NCBI RefSeq assembly: GCF_001194135.2
Contig: NC_068992.1
Span: 28,683,221-28,746,755 of the forward strand
Reading direction: 5' to 3'
Origin: Octopus bimaculoides
Taxonomy: Eukaryota
DNA length: 63,535 bases
Both the position numbers and the translations under genes were made by a program. Within the stretch, counting starts at the first letter, position 1. Every line of letters starts with the position of its first letter. Of this stretch, positions 62,726 to 63,535 are shown one piece after another. The notes below the pieces were generated by a model that was not told where the DNA came from, did not search any database, and worked only from the letters and a program-made list of their open reading frames with translations.

Positions 62726-63488
62726 GGAGAAAAAAGAAAAAAACAAAAGGATATAAAATGACATTCATAGAGTGCAAAAATATCCAGATAATTATATAAC
62801 ATGTTTATAGATGATGATGATGAAACTGTCAGTTAAGCTAGCTGTTCAAGACATGATTTTAACTTTTAGTGCTGAGATTAAATCAAAGCACACAGACTCT
62901 AAGTAAGCTAGATAGGAGATTTATCCCTTAAATTGATCAGCAGAATACTAGATCAAATGTTTTAAGTAAGACAATACAACACTATACTTAACTGAAAACC
63001 TCACTGAACTAAAAACCAGCATAAAAAAAAAAATTAAGAGTTAAAATATAGTGGCAATAACGATGATTATTATGATGGTGATGATATATTTCATCACAAT
63101 CTAATGCATTAAGAAAAAATTATCATTATTATTATTATTGGAGTAGTGGGGAGAGGGGATTGAAGTTTGAGTTAATCAGCAAAAACAGCAAAATAGCCGA
63201 CTTAAAAACCCCACCAGAAACAAAAGAGTAGCTTGGGTAAATTCTTTTGATTGGGAAGGTGGAGGAGAGAATGTAATTTAATAAAAAATTAGATAAATAA
63301 ATAAAATAAAATTAAAAAAAGTAAAGAAAATATTTCAAAATAACTGGAATTAGAAATTGGTTGAATAAATTCAGAACATATTCCTTAGAGCTCTATATGA
63401 AAATAAGTGTATTTGTGAAGAGTTAGTGATTAATTTTAATCAAATGAAAGAATGTAATATATGTATGTATGTATATCTACAAGAATTA

Positions 63489-63535
<47 letters not shown>

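Overview
AT-rich, repeat-dense eukaryotic scaffold with many N gaps; the SINE/LINE/microsatellite landscape suggests a cephalopod (Octopus-like) genome (inference). Host genes: two exons of a GH56 hyaluronidase on + (369-491, 4184-4566, with an intervening exon missing and probably in an N gap); the last coding exon of a FAM174-family gene on - (58304-58445); and between them a chain of phase-compatible, stop-free minus-strand candidate exons (30836 down to 16183, perhaps 7187) encoding a signal-peptide protein I cannot assign to any family. The rest is transposon-derived: two DD37D/maT-type Tc1-mariner relics, a pogo/Tigger relic, MITEs, a Helentron-type non-autonomous element, RTE, R4/Dong, CR1, L1/Tx1 and Penelope fragments, and many tRNA-SINEs. 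The most interesting signal is a tRNA-headed SINE carrying an intact minimal type-I hammerhead ribozyme, present as a ~540-bp head-to-head palindrome next to a Penelope GIY-YIG relic; two more hammerhead-like cores lie elsewhere. Also notable: two RTE insertions with twin-priming-like inversion geometry, a SINE with three interchangeable tails joined at one breakpoint, and (AAT)n-linked SINE arrays. No CRISPR, rRNA or functional tRNA genes were found.
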